Shown here piece after piece: positions 38,044 to 48,477 of a stretch of 64,000 nucleotides of DNA. Each line of letters opens with the position of its first letter. The first letter of the stretch is position 1. The translations under genes were made by a program, and so were the position numbers. The DNA comes from Candidatus Chisholmbacteria bacterium (GTDB taxonomy: Bacteria; Patescibacteriota; Microgenomatia; UBA1400; Chisholmbacteraceae). The notes beneath the pieces were generated by a model. The model saw only the letters and a list, made by a program, of their open reading frames with translations. It searched no databases and was not told the DNA's origin. The DNA lies in the NCBI GenBank assembly GCA_963704905.1, contig CAVPHZ010000001.1, forward strand, positions 515,438 through 579,437, written 5' to 3'.

Positions 38044-39716
38044 ATGATGAGAAGACAACGGAAATATACTGCAATAATTCTTACTTTGTCTTTGGCTCAT
38101 GTAACCATAAGGCTGGGAGGGTGGTTGCCGATTTCTCAAGTATATGCAGTTGACATGGCGCGGTTGGAGTGGGGATACTGAGACTGGGGTGGGGACAAGC
38201 TGGACGACGGTGAATCTGGCGAATACGTTTACGGCGCCAATTGTGGTGGCTTCGGCTTTATACAACTACACTGATAATTCCATTACCGGTGAGTGTTCAA
38301 TAGAGGCAGAAGTACAGTCAGTAACCACGACGAGCTTTCAAGTACGAATGGGAATTCCGCCACATGATGCGGCTGGCGGTTGTACTTCTGACCCAAGCTC
38401 GATAGATGTGCACTGGATGGTTGCGGAAGACACAGGGACGAGTACGGACATTACTTTACCGGGGACCAATATACTGGTTCAAGCCGGGAGCTTTACTGAT
38501 ACCGATGTCGATAATGCAACCAGTTGGACGTTGGATGGGAATGTGACGTTTTATCCCACATGGGGAAGCAACCCAAATGTTTTAGCTCGACGGGTAACAT
38601 GGAACGATTCTACCAATTGGGCAACCGCATGGGCGTGTCAGACTAACAGCCGTACAAATCCTCCTACCACTGCACAATCGAATGTCCATGTTCATTTTCA
38701 GCAGCTAGAGATTGCGCCGGCATCTGATTTTTCGTCCGCAGAGACGATGCACTATGTACTCTATGAATCGGGGGAGTCTGGAACGATCAGCGGTGATTAT
38801 GGATCGTATGTTGAAGCGATTCGATCCGGTGACGCTGTCTTAGGCCTCACAGACAGCGTTAATGGATACAGCATGGGAGGGTTGACCGGGTTTAGCGCTG
38901 CTCCTGAAACTGCTGTTGGTTTTCAACTTGAGATGGATGGCGGTAATGGAGGGTGGTGGATTTCAAAGAGCGTTTCCCAGACAGATATCATGGCATGGTC
39001 GCTTGAAGATCAGGATGGTGATAATGAACGGACTCATATCAATGAGACAACCGGAGCTGTGGCGTTTGAAACAGAGGGTTCTTATCCCGAAGCTACTTTC
39101 ACCCAGAACCGCTACCGGTGGTACGTCGATAATGATTCTACCAATCCCGTCGGATGCATGGGGAAACCCTGACCTGGCAGAGAATACGGCGATTACGATT
39201 ACTCCCAGTGGCAACGATCCACCCAATGAGACACAAGAACTGCGGCTGCGGGTGAATCTAACTGTTAATACTGGCGGGATGCCGGTTGGCATGCAGCAAT
39301 TCACCCTGCAATACAAAGAAGGAACAGATGGAAGCTGTACGACGGGGAGCTGGACGGATGTGGGAGCAGCAGCCACCTGGGAGTATGCGACCAGTAGTGT
39401 TACTGACGGAGCTGATATCACGGGAGTGCTCACCGGAACTGATAGAGATCAGGAATATGCAAAGAGTGAACCGACTCAAATCAATCACAATCTTGGGAGA
39501 GTGAATGAAGACATTGAGTATGACTTTCATATCATTGGCACTAACATTTCCAGTGCTACTCAATATAGTTTCCGACTTATTGAAGCCGATGATACTGTTT
39601 TAGATGGCTATACCAATTGTCCTACATTGACCACTGAACCGGGACCAACAGACCTCATGCGGCATGGTCGATATTATGCTGATGAGGTGAAGGGAGGGTT
39701 TTTCTGGGCGAAATAG
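38044..39716 (+). pseudogene. frameshifted paralog of 36321..38015
   Basis: A signal-peptide frame 'MMRRQRKY..VDMARLEWGY' ends in a stop at about 38179. The body continues in ORF 38144..39172. A second shift near 39155 follows. The 3' portion, 39086-39716, is about 99% identical to 37385-38015. Confidence 0.6.
39086..39716. repeat. about 0.6-kb near-identical duplicate of 37385..38015
   Basis: Direct comparison shows one substitution and one 1-nt indel over about 560 bp. Confidence 0.8.
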
Positions 39717-39765
39717 CAGAGCAGAGCTCGACGATAAAGGATTTTTGATTTAAGATTTAAGTGTC

Positions 39766-40797
39766 ATGAAGAGAAGATCTCGATCAACCAAAATACCAAA
39801 GCTTCTTTCTTATGTGGTACCTGTTCTAGTTGGAATTGGATTGTTTTTTGCCGTGCGGCCGAGGTTTGAACAGATCTTTGCCGGAGAAGTAAATGTTTCC
39901 GAGTTTCTGGTTCAAGGCGGCGATGTGGAGGTTGACTCCGAAACCATCGAAGGCTATCAGCAAGTATATTATCTGTTTGAAGGACGGAAAACGTTTGTCA
40001 GTGAAGAGGTAAGTCTCAACAGTTTTCAGGCTCACTCAAGGGGAGAGTACATCGTTTGGGTGATGAGTGTCAATGGAGCCGGGCAGGTATTTCGCCATCA
40101 TATTCCCAGCGGGGAGACGGTACAAATCACTGACTCAAGTAGCAATGGACAACCCAAGGTTGATCGAAGCGGGAGTGTTGTCTGGGAGCGGTGGGTCTGG
40201 CCGGACGAAGAAGGCGGAGGCGATGGTAGTTGGCAGGTGTTTCTGTTCGATGGGGTATCAACGAGACAGATTACGAGCGGTGTAGCGTCGATTAACCCTG
40301 ATTTAGATGGCGATCGGGTAGTTTTTGCGAGCAAAAGCGGGAGAAGCTGGAAAGCATTTGAGTATCTCCGACCGTCAAGGAAATTATCTGAGATCCGTCA
40401 GGGAAATGATGCCAAGCGGCCGTACTTTGATAAGGGTCAAATCCGTTTTGAGGTCGAATTGCCTGTTCCAACATTGCCTCAGGATATTCATCGTGGTGAG
40501 CCGGATGGATTACCTCCGGCTAGATATGAGCAGTCTGAGGGAGTGCAAGAATCTACACCTTCAGCAATTCAGCCAACAATGAAACCTACTCCGACTGTGG
40601 TTGATGAAAAACCGACGCCAACATCCCGTCCTTCTCCGAATCCCACAATTGTTCCCTCACCAACACCAACGGTACCAAAGACAGTATCTACAGAGGATGT
40701 AGTCCAAGAGCTAACCGGGGAAGCTGAAGTCGTGACTCCCACACCTACCTCGGGTGAAGATGGGTCTTCCGGTGAAGAGGTTCCTACCGGTCTTTGA
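39766..40797 (+). CDS. membrane-anchored protein with beta-propeller-like repeats and Pro/Thr-rich C-terminal tail
   Basis: It has an N-terminal TM helix. The repeats are of the form '..GETVQITDSSSNGQPKVDRSGSVVWE..', '..STRQITSGVASINPDLDGDRVVF..'. The tail reads 'PTPTVVDEKPTPTSRPSPNPT'. Confidence 0.4.
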   Translation: MKRRSRSTKIPKLLSYVVPVLVGIGLFFAVRPRFEQIFAGEVNVSEFLVQGGDVEVDSETIEGYQQVYYLFEGRKTFVSEEVSLNSFQAHSRGEYIVWVMSVNGAGQVFRHHIPSGETVQITDSSSNGQPKVDRSGSVVWERWVWPDEEGGGDGSWQVFLFDGVSTRQITSGVASINPDLDGDRVVFASKSGRSWKAFEYLRPSRKLSEIRQGNDAKRPYFDKGQIRFEVELPVPTLPQDIHRGEPDGLPPARYEQSEGVQESTPSAIQPTMKPTPTVVDEKPTPTSRPSPNPTIVPSPTPTVPKTVSTEDVVQELTGEAEVVTPTPTSGEDGSSGEEVPTGL

Positions 40798-41635
40798 GCA
40801 TAGCACTCATTTTTTGCATGTGGAACTCGTATTCGAGGATAAGGTTGGTGAGGCGGGTGAGCAAGGAAATTGAGTCTTCTGATTTGATGAGAGCTAACTC
40901 TGACTCTAGTGCAGCATTTTTTAACTCCCCAAACCGTTGAATTAGCCCGATTCGCGTTTGGTTGGCATCATCGAGTTCACTGTTCTCCAGTTGGCTGATG
41001 AGTTGGTCGATTAAGCCCTGGGTCGCGGATATCTCGACTATCAGGCTGTCTGCATTAGTTTCTCTAGTGGGTCGGCTGGTTTTTATTGCATCGAGACCTT
41101 CAAGAGCGGCGTTTAGGCGGCCAAGCAGCTCTTCCCGGTCGTCAGCGGTGCTTACGTCTAGACTTGAAAGATCAATCACCGGATCGTAGAGATATATATT
41201 CTTAAGATTTTCGTGTCGTGCTTCGAGTTTTTCAATGAGTGTTTGTTGATCCGAAAGGATGCTTGATGTCTTTTCTATGAGTATTGGATAGGCTGCTTCA
41301 AGTTCTCTGTATCTGGATATAACCTTATTGGAAAGCGTTGGCGGGTTCTGTGCAAGGCTCTGAGCTTGTTGACTGGTTTCTTTTAGCCTGGAGAGAGATC
41401 TTTGCTTTTCGTCGAAAAAGTCGGTTGATGTTGAGTCTAGCCGGGTGAGTTCGGTTAAGGCTATGCGGTTCTGGAGGAGTGCTTCGTGAAATTGACCAAG
41501 GTTTGCCTGGGTATCTAATAATGCAATGGGGAGTGCAAGAGAGGGTTTTAGGAGGAGAGTGTAATAGCCTCCAAGTAATACAACAGTTGTGATCAGAGGA
41601 ATGGTTATCCATCGAATTGGGATTGGTAGTTTCAT
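40784..41635 (-). CDS. membrane-anchored coiled-coil protein, unknown function
   Basis: It has an N-terminal TM helix and a Leu/Glu/Gln-rich heptad-like sequence. Confidence 0.4.
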   Translation of the reverse strand: MKLPIPIRWITIPLITTVVLLGGYYTLLLKPSLALPIALLDTQANLGQFHEALLQNRIALTELTRLDSTSTDFFDEKQRSLSRLKETSQQAQSLAQNPPTLSNKVISRYRELEAAYPILIEKTSSILSDQQTLIEKLEARHENLKNIYLYDPVIDLSSLDVSTADDREELLGRLNAALEGLDAIKTSRPTRETNADSLIVEISATQGLIDQLISQLENSELDDANQTRIGLIQRFGELKNAALESELALIKSEDSISLLTRLTNLILEYEFHMQKMSAMLKDR

Positions 41636-42390
41636 GTCAGTTCAGATTGTACCAATTAGAGCAAATTGTTTATGAATCTAATATATGTTCATTGTTTTAC
41701 ATTTACGTATACTTTGTTTATATATTTAAGCTTAGTATCCTATTTGTTATACCTGGTGTTAAGGATTCGTCGGCGAGAAAGAGAGTCGTATCAAGGATGA
41801 TATGGATCTCCTCTATTTTTACTCAAGTAGCTTGGGGAAGTAAGCGCATTTACTTCTTACACTAACTGTTATAGATGAGATGTTAACCACATTTCCAGGG
41901 TGAAGGTGTAAAGTTTTGGTCATTTTTCCAGATGAGGAGGTCGCGAATGGTGGATTAAACTCATTTTTCGCATGAAGGATGGGAATAGCTTCATTGAACG
42001 TGCTATTCAGCTTGTTACTTTTGGAGCACTTTTGCTTTTATGGGCGCTGATTTTTCAAGTTGATATATGTCGCACATTTATTGCGGAATTTTATCTATTT
42101 GGCGCTCAATTGGGCATATGTTAATCACATGCATAGGTTTGGGATCGGTTGCTAAGGTCACAGGAAAATATCAGAGAGTATTTATTAGTGCTTAAGTTTA
42201 ATCTTCAAAGGGCAAGGCAGTGAAGCGGTGATGATTAGTGCTTGAAGTTGAGGAACATGATGGTTTATACTATCCGAAAAGAGGAAAGAGTGTTTACGTG
42301 TAAAGTTTACACTCGGCGTTCTCGATATCATGCAGTACTATATCAAAGCAGATTAAAAATGCATAGTATTTAAAAAAAAAGAAAATTGAG

Positions 42391-43839
42391 ATGACAGAAA
42401 CAGCTAAGATTCGCAAAGCTTTCATTGAGTTTTACAACAAGGTTGGTGATGTATCCTTGGTATGTAAGACGTTTGGAATCAGTCGTCCCACCTTTTACAA
42501 GTGGTATAAACGGTATGATCCACTTAATCCTCAATCATTGGAAGATCAACCTAAGACACCTAAAACGAGGAGAAAAACTACTCTATCTCCAGAGAAAGAG
42601 AAGAGAATTCGTGAGTTACGGATGAAACACATGGATATGGGCAAAGATCGGTTGAAGATGCTCTATCAAAGCCTTTATGCGGAACCGATTTCAACCCACC
42701 ATGTTCAATTTGTGATTCAAAAGTACAAACTCTATCCTCAGCAGTCGGTATCGTCTTTTGATAGTGAGGGAGATGAAAGCAGTAAAGTCGAACCATCTTG
42801 GATGAAAGACGTTTCCCCTCTGGATTATTCTGGATACTCAGCACCAAGTAAGCCGTTTGAGCTTATTGGATCTGGCGTTGCGGTTCGGCCAAGAACCCCT
42901 CCAAGGAGAAGAGAACCTGAGTCGAGAGGATATCGAGTGAATCCATTGCTCTATGCAATTCGATCGCTGCTTCAGCAATGGCAACTTGTACGAGATAGTG
43001 TGGATCATCGAACTCGAGTAAAGCAGATGCGTCCAGGTAGAACTATGAAAGAGAAGAAGGCGACGTATCCAGCTTATGGAACCTCTGCATATGCTGCTCA
43101 AGCACTTGGCTATGGACCCCAGCCACAGTCTGATTTTGGAAGGAAGGCGTTTATTGTCGTTGCAGTGAGTTTTGTGATTTTTGTATCTATCGCACCAGCC
43201 TACTTTTTCTATCGACGATATGAAGACACTCAAGAGAAGATCAGCAATCCGACGCTGGCAGCTCGACAAGATACTGAGGACATGATTACAAAGGTGGCTG
43301 AATATGTCGAGCTTCCAGAGGATGAGGAGCCAAGTATCGTGACCGTTTCTGACAGGGATAAGCTCAGAGGTCATCCTTTTTTCTCCAAGGCAAAGAATGG
43401 AGATAAGGTGCTTATCTACAGCAAAGCGAAGAAGGCTGTGCTCTATGACCCGGTTGAGCAGAAAATTGTCAATGTTGCCCTGATTACCAGCGACACGCCG
43501 ACGGTTAGCTCCAGCCTGGGAATTGAGTCTGCTACTCGAGTAGCAATCTATAACGGTACTGCGGTATCTGGTTTAACCAAGATCGTAGAGAACACACTTA
43601 AAGAGAAGGTTTCTGGAGTTGATGTGGTCCTTCGTGATAATGCTAATCAGGCAGATTATGTCCAGACAATCGTAGTTGATCTGACTGGTGGAAAAAAGCG
43701 AGTACTTGCCGAGAGCATTGCAACTACGCTCAATGGCATCGTTGGTAGCCTTCCTGAGGCAGAAGATCGTCCTGTGACATCTGGAGCTGGTGGAGGTGTT
43801 GAGATTCTGGCGATTGTTGGGAACAGCTATTTGGAGTAG
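42391..43839 (+). CDS. HTH (transposase-N-terminal-like) / TM / LytR_C-like domain protein
   Basis: The N-terminus 'CKTFGISRPTFYKWYKRY' is an HTH. There is a TM helix at about residue 255. The C-terminus 'VAIYNGTAVSGLTKIVENTLKEKVSGVDVVLRDNANQ' is LytR_C-like. No DDE catalytic domain is present. Confidence 0.5.
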   Translation: MTETAKIRKAFIEFYNKVGDVSLVCKTFGISRPTFYKWYKRYDPLNPQSLEDQPKTPKTRRKTTLSPEKEKRIRELRMKHMDMGKDRLKMLYQSLYAEPISTHHVQFVIQKYKLYPQQSVSSFDSEGDESSKVEPSWMKDVSPLDYSGYSAPSKPFELIGSGVAVRPRTPPRRREPESRGYRVNPLLYAIRSLLQQWQLVRDSVDHRTRVKQMRPGRTMKEKKATYPAYGTSAYAAQALGYGPQPQSDFGRKAFIVVAVSFVIFVSIAPAYFFYRRYEDTQEKISNPTLAARQDTEDMITKVAEYVELPEDEEPSIVTVSDRDKLRGHPFFSKAKNGDKVLIYSKAKKAVLYDPVEQKIVNVALITSDTPTVSSSLGIESATRVAIYNGTAVSGLTKIVENTLKEKVSGVDVVLRDNANQADYVQTIVVDLTGGKKRVLAESIATTLNGIVGSLPEAEDRPVTSGAGGGVEILAIVGNSYLE

Positions 43840-44681
43840 CTGTAGTATATTCAGCTCACTATGGTGAGATTGTCTGTATGCACTCCAGGGACGAATCCCG
43901 GCAGACTCAATTATATTGTTATACATTGGGCGATTTTAACTTGGTTGCGGGGTGGTTTTTGAGGCTTGTACATCTCTTTTCTCAAGAAGAATTTTCAATG
44001 TTAGATACCTTCAGCCGGTATGGAGGTATTCATTTTATATCAAATTGATATTTTGGGCGAAATCATGAAGATATTGCTAAAGAGAATAGTGTTGCATTTT
44101 TGTTGATTTACCGGACTAATGTTAATTTACGAGTTTTTATCACATCTGAGCAGTTGGTAACCTATGCACACCTTCATCAGTGTTTTTAATTGATTTATCG
44201 GCATATATTTCACCGCACGATATGTTTTTCCTGGCAGGAATTAATCAGTGCTGATGCGCATTTTGACAAAAGAATGTAAGCGAAAGAGCGTTAATGATGA
44301 TAATCTTCATTGCAATTGGTGTAAAATATGTGTTTCAAAGTGGAAGAACTGTAAACCAATGTGTCTGAGAGAGGTAAAGTGGCCTCTCATAACCAAAATA
44401 TGCCATATCAGGCGTCTGCTTTTAATTACCTATAGGTTTAACCACGTGAAAGAATATCACATCGATGGTCTTAATGGCATAGAAAATTGATTTGACACAT
44501 GCTTGTGAGCCAATGTTTCGATTAAGGAAGTGCGCTGTTTTACGTATACTAGAAACGCTTAGAACGTATCAATGAAATTACAAACTCACAGCGTCATTTA
44601 TCTTGTTTCAATGAACGTGATTAGTGTTTTATATCCTCCGGTTGCAGAAATGACTCGGAGTAGTTATGATTATTACCACTT

Positions 44682-45542
44682 ATGCCTGCCTGGGCAAAAA
44701 TAAAGATTTTAGCATTGATTTTCTCCATCACAACTCTCTTGGTTGTGTTTGCTCCAGTGGTCATGGCACAAGATCAATTTGGGATTGCGCAGACGTATCG
44801 TATTGTTGATGAAGAAGTTGAGGATGGGGATATCATCGTCCTTGGATCAGAAGGGGAGATGGTTCGAGCTAGTGTTAGTTTTGACGAGCGGATGTTTGGT
44901 GTTTATGTTGAGAATCCTACGGTCGTTTTACGTGTTGACGAATCTTACTTGCCTGTGGTTCGCACGGGAGATGCGTATGTCAACGTGACAACTTTGAATG
45001 GGGATATTGCGATCGGGGATTTTATCACTTCTTCAACGATTCAAGGAAAGGGAATGTATGCCCAGGCTGGAAATACATCTGGAAGAGTGGTTGGTTTGGC
45101 GCTTGAATCGTTTACCTCTGAAGATGGATTTAAGCAGTCTGTGGAGGTGAATGAGAAGAACGAGTTAGTGCAAAAGGAGATTGCATTTGGCAAGATTAAG
45201 GTAGCACTGGGAATAGGACCAGTGCCGTCTTCACTGGTGACTGAGCGTGGAGGGGTGATCGGTCTGGTTGCTCAGCTGGGATTTGATTTGCTTCGAGCTC
45301 TGCAGCAGACGGAAGGTACCGCCCAGCTGCTTCGTTACATTTTAGCTGCGCTGGTGGCAATAGCGACGCTGGCGTTTAGTTTCTTTACCTTTGGGCGTAA
45401 TATTACCAAGGGTATTGAGTCGATAGGAAGGAATCCACTGGCGAAGTTGCAGATTCAGTCAATGATCATTCTCAATCTGGTGCTGATCGCCTTAGTAACT
45501 GTGGGTGGAGTGATATTGACCATGATTATTGTAAAGTTTTAG
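44682..45542 (+). CDS. secreted N-terminal domain fused to ATP-synthase c-subunit-like C-terminal hairpin (atypical)
   Basis: It has a signal peptide. The C-terminal 70 aa form two TM helices joined by a loop 'GIESIGRNPLA', which resembles the c-subunit 'IEGIARQPEL'. The position of the conserved Glu/Asp in helix 2 is occupied by Ala or Asn. The gene sits immediately upstream of atpF. Confidence 0.4.
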   Translation: MPAWAKIKILALIFSITTLLVVFAPVVMAQDQFGIAQTYRIVDEEVEDGDIIVLGSEGEMVRASVSFDERMFGVYVENPTVVLRVDESYLPVVRTGDAYVNVTTLNGDIAIGDFITSSTIQGKGMYAQAGNTSGRVVGLALESFTSEDGFKQSVEVNEKNELVQKEIAFGKIKVALGIGPVPSSLVTERGGVIGLVAQLGFDLLRALQQTEGTAQLLRYILAALVAIATLAFSFFTFGRNITKGIESIGRNPLAKLQIQSMIILNLVLIALVTVGGVILTMIIVKF

Positions 45543-45557
45543 AGGAGGATACAGATT

Positions 45558-46262
45558 ATGAATGAACTTATTTTGCTTATCATTTTACTTGGCGTAACAG
45601 CGTTTAACACCGTGTTTGTCACCATTCTTTTTCTACGGTCTAAAGCGAAAAAAGCAGAGGTTGTAGAAAAAAGTGAACAGATTTTAGAAGAAGCACAGAA
45701 AAAGGCAGATGAGATTGTACAGAAGGCAGTTGAGCAGGCGGACAAAATTGTCAGCGGTACAAAGCAGCGTGGCGAAAAAGTTACTGAAGAACAGAAGCAG
45801 AAAAGTGAAACGCTTGAGGTGCAGTACGAAGAGCAGCTGCGGACAGTAGTTGAGGATATTACTAAGCAGCTTCGGGTTGGAGAGAAAAAGGCGGAGGAGA
45901 TGTATACGCATTTTGTTGAGGAGATGCAGAAGAACGTTTCTCAAGGGGTAGAACTCAATCAAAAAGCACTGCAAGAAAAGGCGGATGATGCACTTGGTAA
46001 GACCCAGCAGCAAATTGATCAGTTCGTTGATGATGTGCAGGGAAGAGTGCGAAAGCAAATTGATGAACAAGTTGATAAAGCCCATGAGGCTATTGAGCAA
46101 TACAAGCGGCAACGCATGGAGGTGGTTGATACTAACGCAGTTCAAATTCTCGAGAAGGCGCTGGCAATTACTTTAGGGAAGAAGCTTCCACTCAGCGATC
46201 AAGTTGATTTAGTTTATCAGGCATTAGAGAAGGCTCGAGAAGAGGGGTTTTTCTCTGAGTAA
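45558..46262 (+). CDS. atpF: F-type ATP synthase subunit b-like
   Basis: It has a single N-terminal TM helix and a long charged coiled coil, and lies in the operon position of subunit b. Confidence 0.6.
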   Translation: MNELILLIILLGVTAFNTVFVTILFLRSKAKKAEVVEKSEQILEEAQKKADEIVQKAVEQADKIVSGTKQRGEKVTEEQKQKSETLEVQYEEQLRTVVEDITKQLRVGEKKAEEMYTHFVEEMQKNVSQGVELNQKALQEKADDALGKTQQQIDQFVDDVQGRVRKQIDEQVDKAHEAIEQYKRQRMEVVDTNAVQILEKALAITLGKKLPLSDQVDLVYQALEKAREEGFFSE

Positions 46263-46279
46263 CTTCGTAGGATTTCACA

Positions 46280-46798
46280 ATGGATGAGAAATTGATGAAT
46301 ACCATTTTGACTAATACGTATACCAAGGCGAGTTTATTGCGGCGTCTGGCATTATTCCGGTCGTTTTTAGAACACAAACATTACAGTACGTCTGGATTTA
46401 AGCGATTGAAAACATTTTTTGAGGAGAAAGAAGTTGTCGAAGATGATGCGCAGGCACTACAGTCATGGAGTGGGGTGTTCAATAAACGGCTTTCCCGAAG
46501 TACGTTTTACAAAAAGCTTGAGGCGATTCGCAAAGAGATATTGAGCTTGCCAAGTGTGACTGTGTATTTGCCGTTTATCGCTCAAGAATCAGAGCTTACC
46601 AAGATAGGCCAATGGCTGCGTGCGCATGTCAAAAAACAAATGATTATGGATGTGAAAGTTGATCCGGCTCTTGTCGGAGGATGCGCTCTGGTCTGGAATG
46701 GATATTATCGAGATTATTCACTGCATCGGCAATTTAAAGATAAAAGAGAAGATATCAATCAATTGATCAGTGATTTTGAGGAGAAAAAAGAGGAATAA
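46280..46798 (+). CDS. atpH: F-type ATP synthase delta (OSCP) subunit
   Basis: The size fits, and the C-terminal 'LVGGCALVWNGYYRDYSLHRQF' resembles the delta C-terminal motif. It lies between b and alpha. Confidence 0.6.
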   Translation: MDEKLMNTILTNTYTKASLLRRLALFRSFLEHKHYSTSGFKRLKTFFEEKEVVEDDAQALQSWSGVFNKRLSRSTFYKKLEAIRKEILSLPSVTVYLPFIAQESELTKIGQWLRAHVKKQMIMDVKVDPALVGGCALVWNGYYRDYSLHRQFKDKREDINQLISDFEEKKEE

Positions 46799-46902
46799 AG
46801 TGATTGATTTGGCCTGAAACATTCTGGTTCATTGCATTCACCAGATATGCACAAGGTGACACAGCCGATTATAAATAGCACATCAGCTGGGTCAATCTAC
46901 GT

Positions 46903-48477
46903 TTGGATGATTTAATTATGGAGAGTAAAAAGTTAAGAAATTCAAATACCCGAAGGCAAACCCGAAGTAAGCGATTGTCAAAGGCGGAGCAGGCCGATGT
47001 ATTGCGTCGGGAAGAAGTTGGATTAGTCGTTGAAACGCAAAATTATTTGTCTTACATTGAGGGATTGCCATCTGCGCGGGTAAATGATGTGTGTGTTTCA
47101 CAGGAAGGCCATCGTGGGTTGGTGTATGGTTTGAATCGCGGTCGAGTTGAAATTCTCTTGCTTGATCAAGAGCAACCAAAACCTGGGGATTTGTTTACGC
47201 TTGAACCAGAGGGCTTAAAGCTAGAGATAGGTGAAGAGTTGCTTGGTCGGGCGATTAGCCCTCTCGGGGAACCGCTTGATGGTCGAAAGAAGATTGCCGG
47301 CAATGGAACGAAGATCGAATTTGATGTTAAAGCTTTGGGAATTGAGTATCGAGAGATTATTTCTCAGCAAGTGGAGACGGGGATTAGCATTGTCGATACG
47401 CTCTTGGCTCTGGGAAGGGGTCAGCGAGAGTTAATTTATGGAGAACCGCGAAGCGGGAAAACGAGCTTTCTCCTTGATGCAATTATCAATCAGAAAGACC
47501 GCAATGTTGTTTGTATCTATGCTGCTATTGGTAAGAGTGAGATTGACACGAAGCGGTTTGTGAAGGATGTCGAGAAGGCAGGAGGACGTGATTACACCGT
47601 TGTCTTGGCTGCGACCTCGACTGAGCCGTCACCGGTGATTTTTATTGCACCAACTGTGGCAATGGCTGTGGCAGATTGGTTTCGAGAGCAGGGCAGGCAT
47701 GTGTTAGTGTTTCTCGATGATTTAGGAACACATGCGAAGTATTTGCGAGAGATGTCGCTGCTGGCAGAACGAACTCCTGGTAGAGAATCGTATCCAGGAG
47801 ACATGTTTTATCAGCATGCTCATATTTTAGAGAGGGCTGGGAATTTTAACGAAAAAGGCGGAGGAGGATCGGTTACACTGCTTCCGGTAATTGAAACAGA
47901 TCTTGATAACTTTACGGCCCTTGTACCAACTAATCTCATGGCTTCGACGGATGGACACTTGCTTTTTTCGGCATCGCTGCGTGCGGAAGGACGGCACCCG
48001 GCAATTGATGTGGATCGTTCAGTTACCCGAGTTGGACGGCAGACACAGTTTTTACTTCATAAACTTCTGGCAGATAAGATCAGACGCCTGCTGATTGATT
48101 TTGAAGAGCTACGGCGATTCAGCAGATTTGGTGCTGAAGTCAGCGAGGAAACACAGCTTGCCATTAAAAAAGGACAAATCATGCAGGAACTCTTGAGGCA
48201 GGAGCCACTTCAGAGGATTGACCGATTTGTGCAGATGCAGTATTTAGGTCTTGTGTTTACTCCGTTTTACGATCAGAAGGATTTGAACTTTTTACAGACA
48301 AACAAGACGAAAATTCTCTCAACTATTCAAGAAGCGCAGGAGTTTCGACTGATGCGTGATGAGATGGAAAAGAACATTGAGCATTTGGAAATTGAAAAAT
48401 TTCTAGAGCAGTTGGGGCAGAAATTATCGGTATTGGAGGAGGCATGCCAGAACTCACAGAGCTCAGAGAAGAACTAA
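46903..48477 (+). CDS. atpA: F-type ATP synthase alpha subunit (divergent)
   Basis: It has 'GRGQRELIYGEPRSGKTS' (compare GRGQRELIIGDRQTGKT), 'RESYPGDMFYQHAHILERAG', and 'VVLAATSTEPSPVIFIAP'. Confidence 0.8.
   Translation: MDDLIMESKKLRNSNTRRQTRSKRLSKAEQADVLRREEVGLVVETQNYLSYIEGLPSARVNDVCVSQEGHRGLVYGLNRGRVEILLLDQEQPKPGDLFTLEPEGLKLEIGEELLGRAISPLGEPLDGRKKIAGNGTKIEFDVKALGIEYREIISQQVETGISIVDTLLALGRGQRELIYGEPRSGKTSFLLDAIINQKDRNVVCIYAAIGKSEIDTKRFVKDVEKAGGRDYTVVLAATSTEPSPVIFIAPTVAMAVADWFREQGRHVLVFLDDLGTHAKYLREMSLLAERTPGRESYPGDMFYQHAHILERAGNFNEKGGGGSVTLLPVIETDLDNFTALVPTNLMASTDGHLLFSASLRAEGRHPAIDVDRSVTRVGRQTQFLLHKLLADKIRRLLIDFEELRRFSRFGAEVSEETQLAIKKGQIMQELLRQEPLQRIDRFVQMQYLGLVFTPFYDQKDLNFLQTNKTKILSTIQEAQEFRLMRDEMEKNIEHLEIEKFLEQLGQKLSVLEEACQNSQSSEKN

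Noticed and set aside
42391-43839. Possible IS-element transposase (mobile element)
   Set aside because: Only the N-terminal HTH resembles transposases. There is no DDE catalytic domain and there are no terminal inverted repeats. The C-terminus is a LytR_C-like envelope domain.
43880-43910. tRNA T-loop-like string 'GGGACGAATCCCGG'
   Set aside because: The flanks cannot be folded into acceptor, D and anticodon arms. No tRNA is called.
44248-44490. 80-aa Cys-rich ORF in the gap upstream of the ATP synthase cluster
   Set aside because: It sits in AT-rich, otherwise closed sequence with no RBS. The composition looks random. The gap is treated as non-coding.
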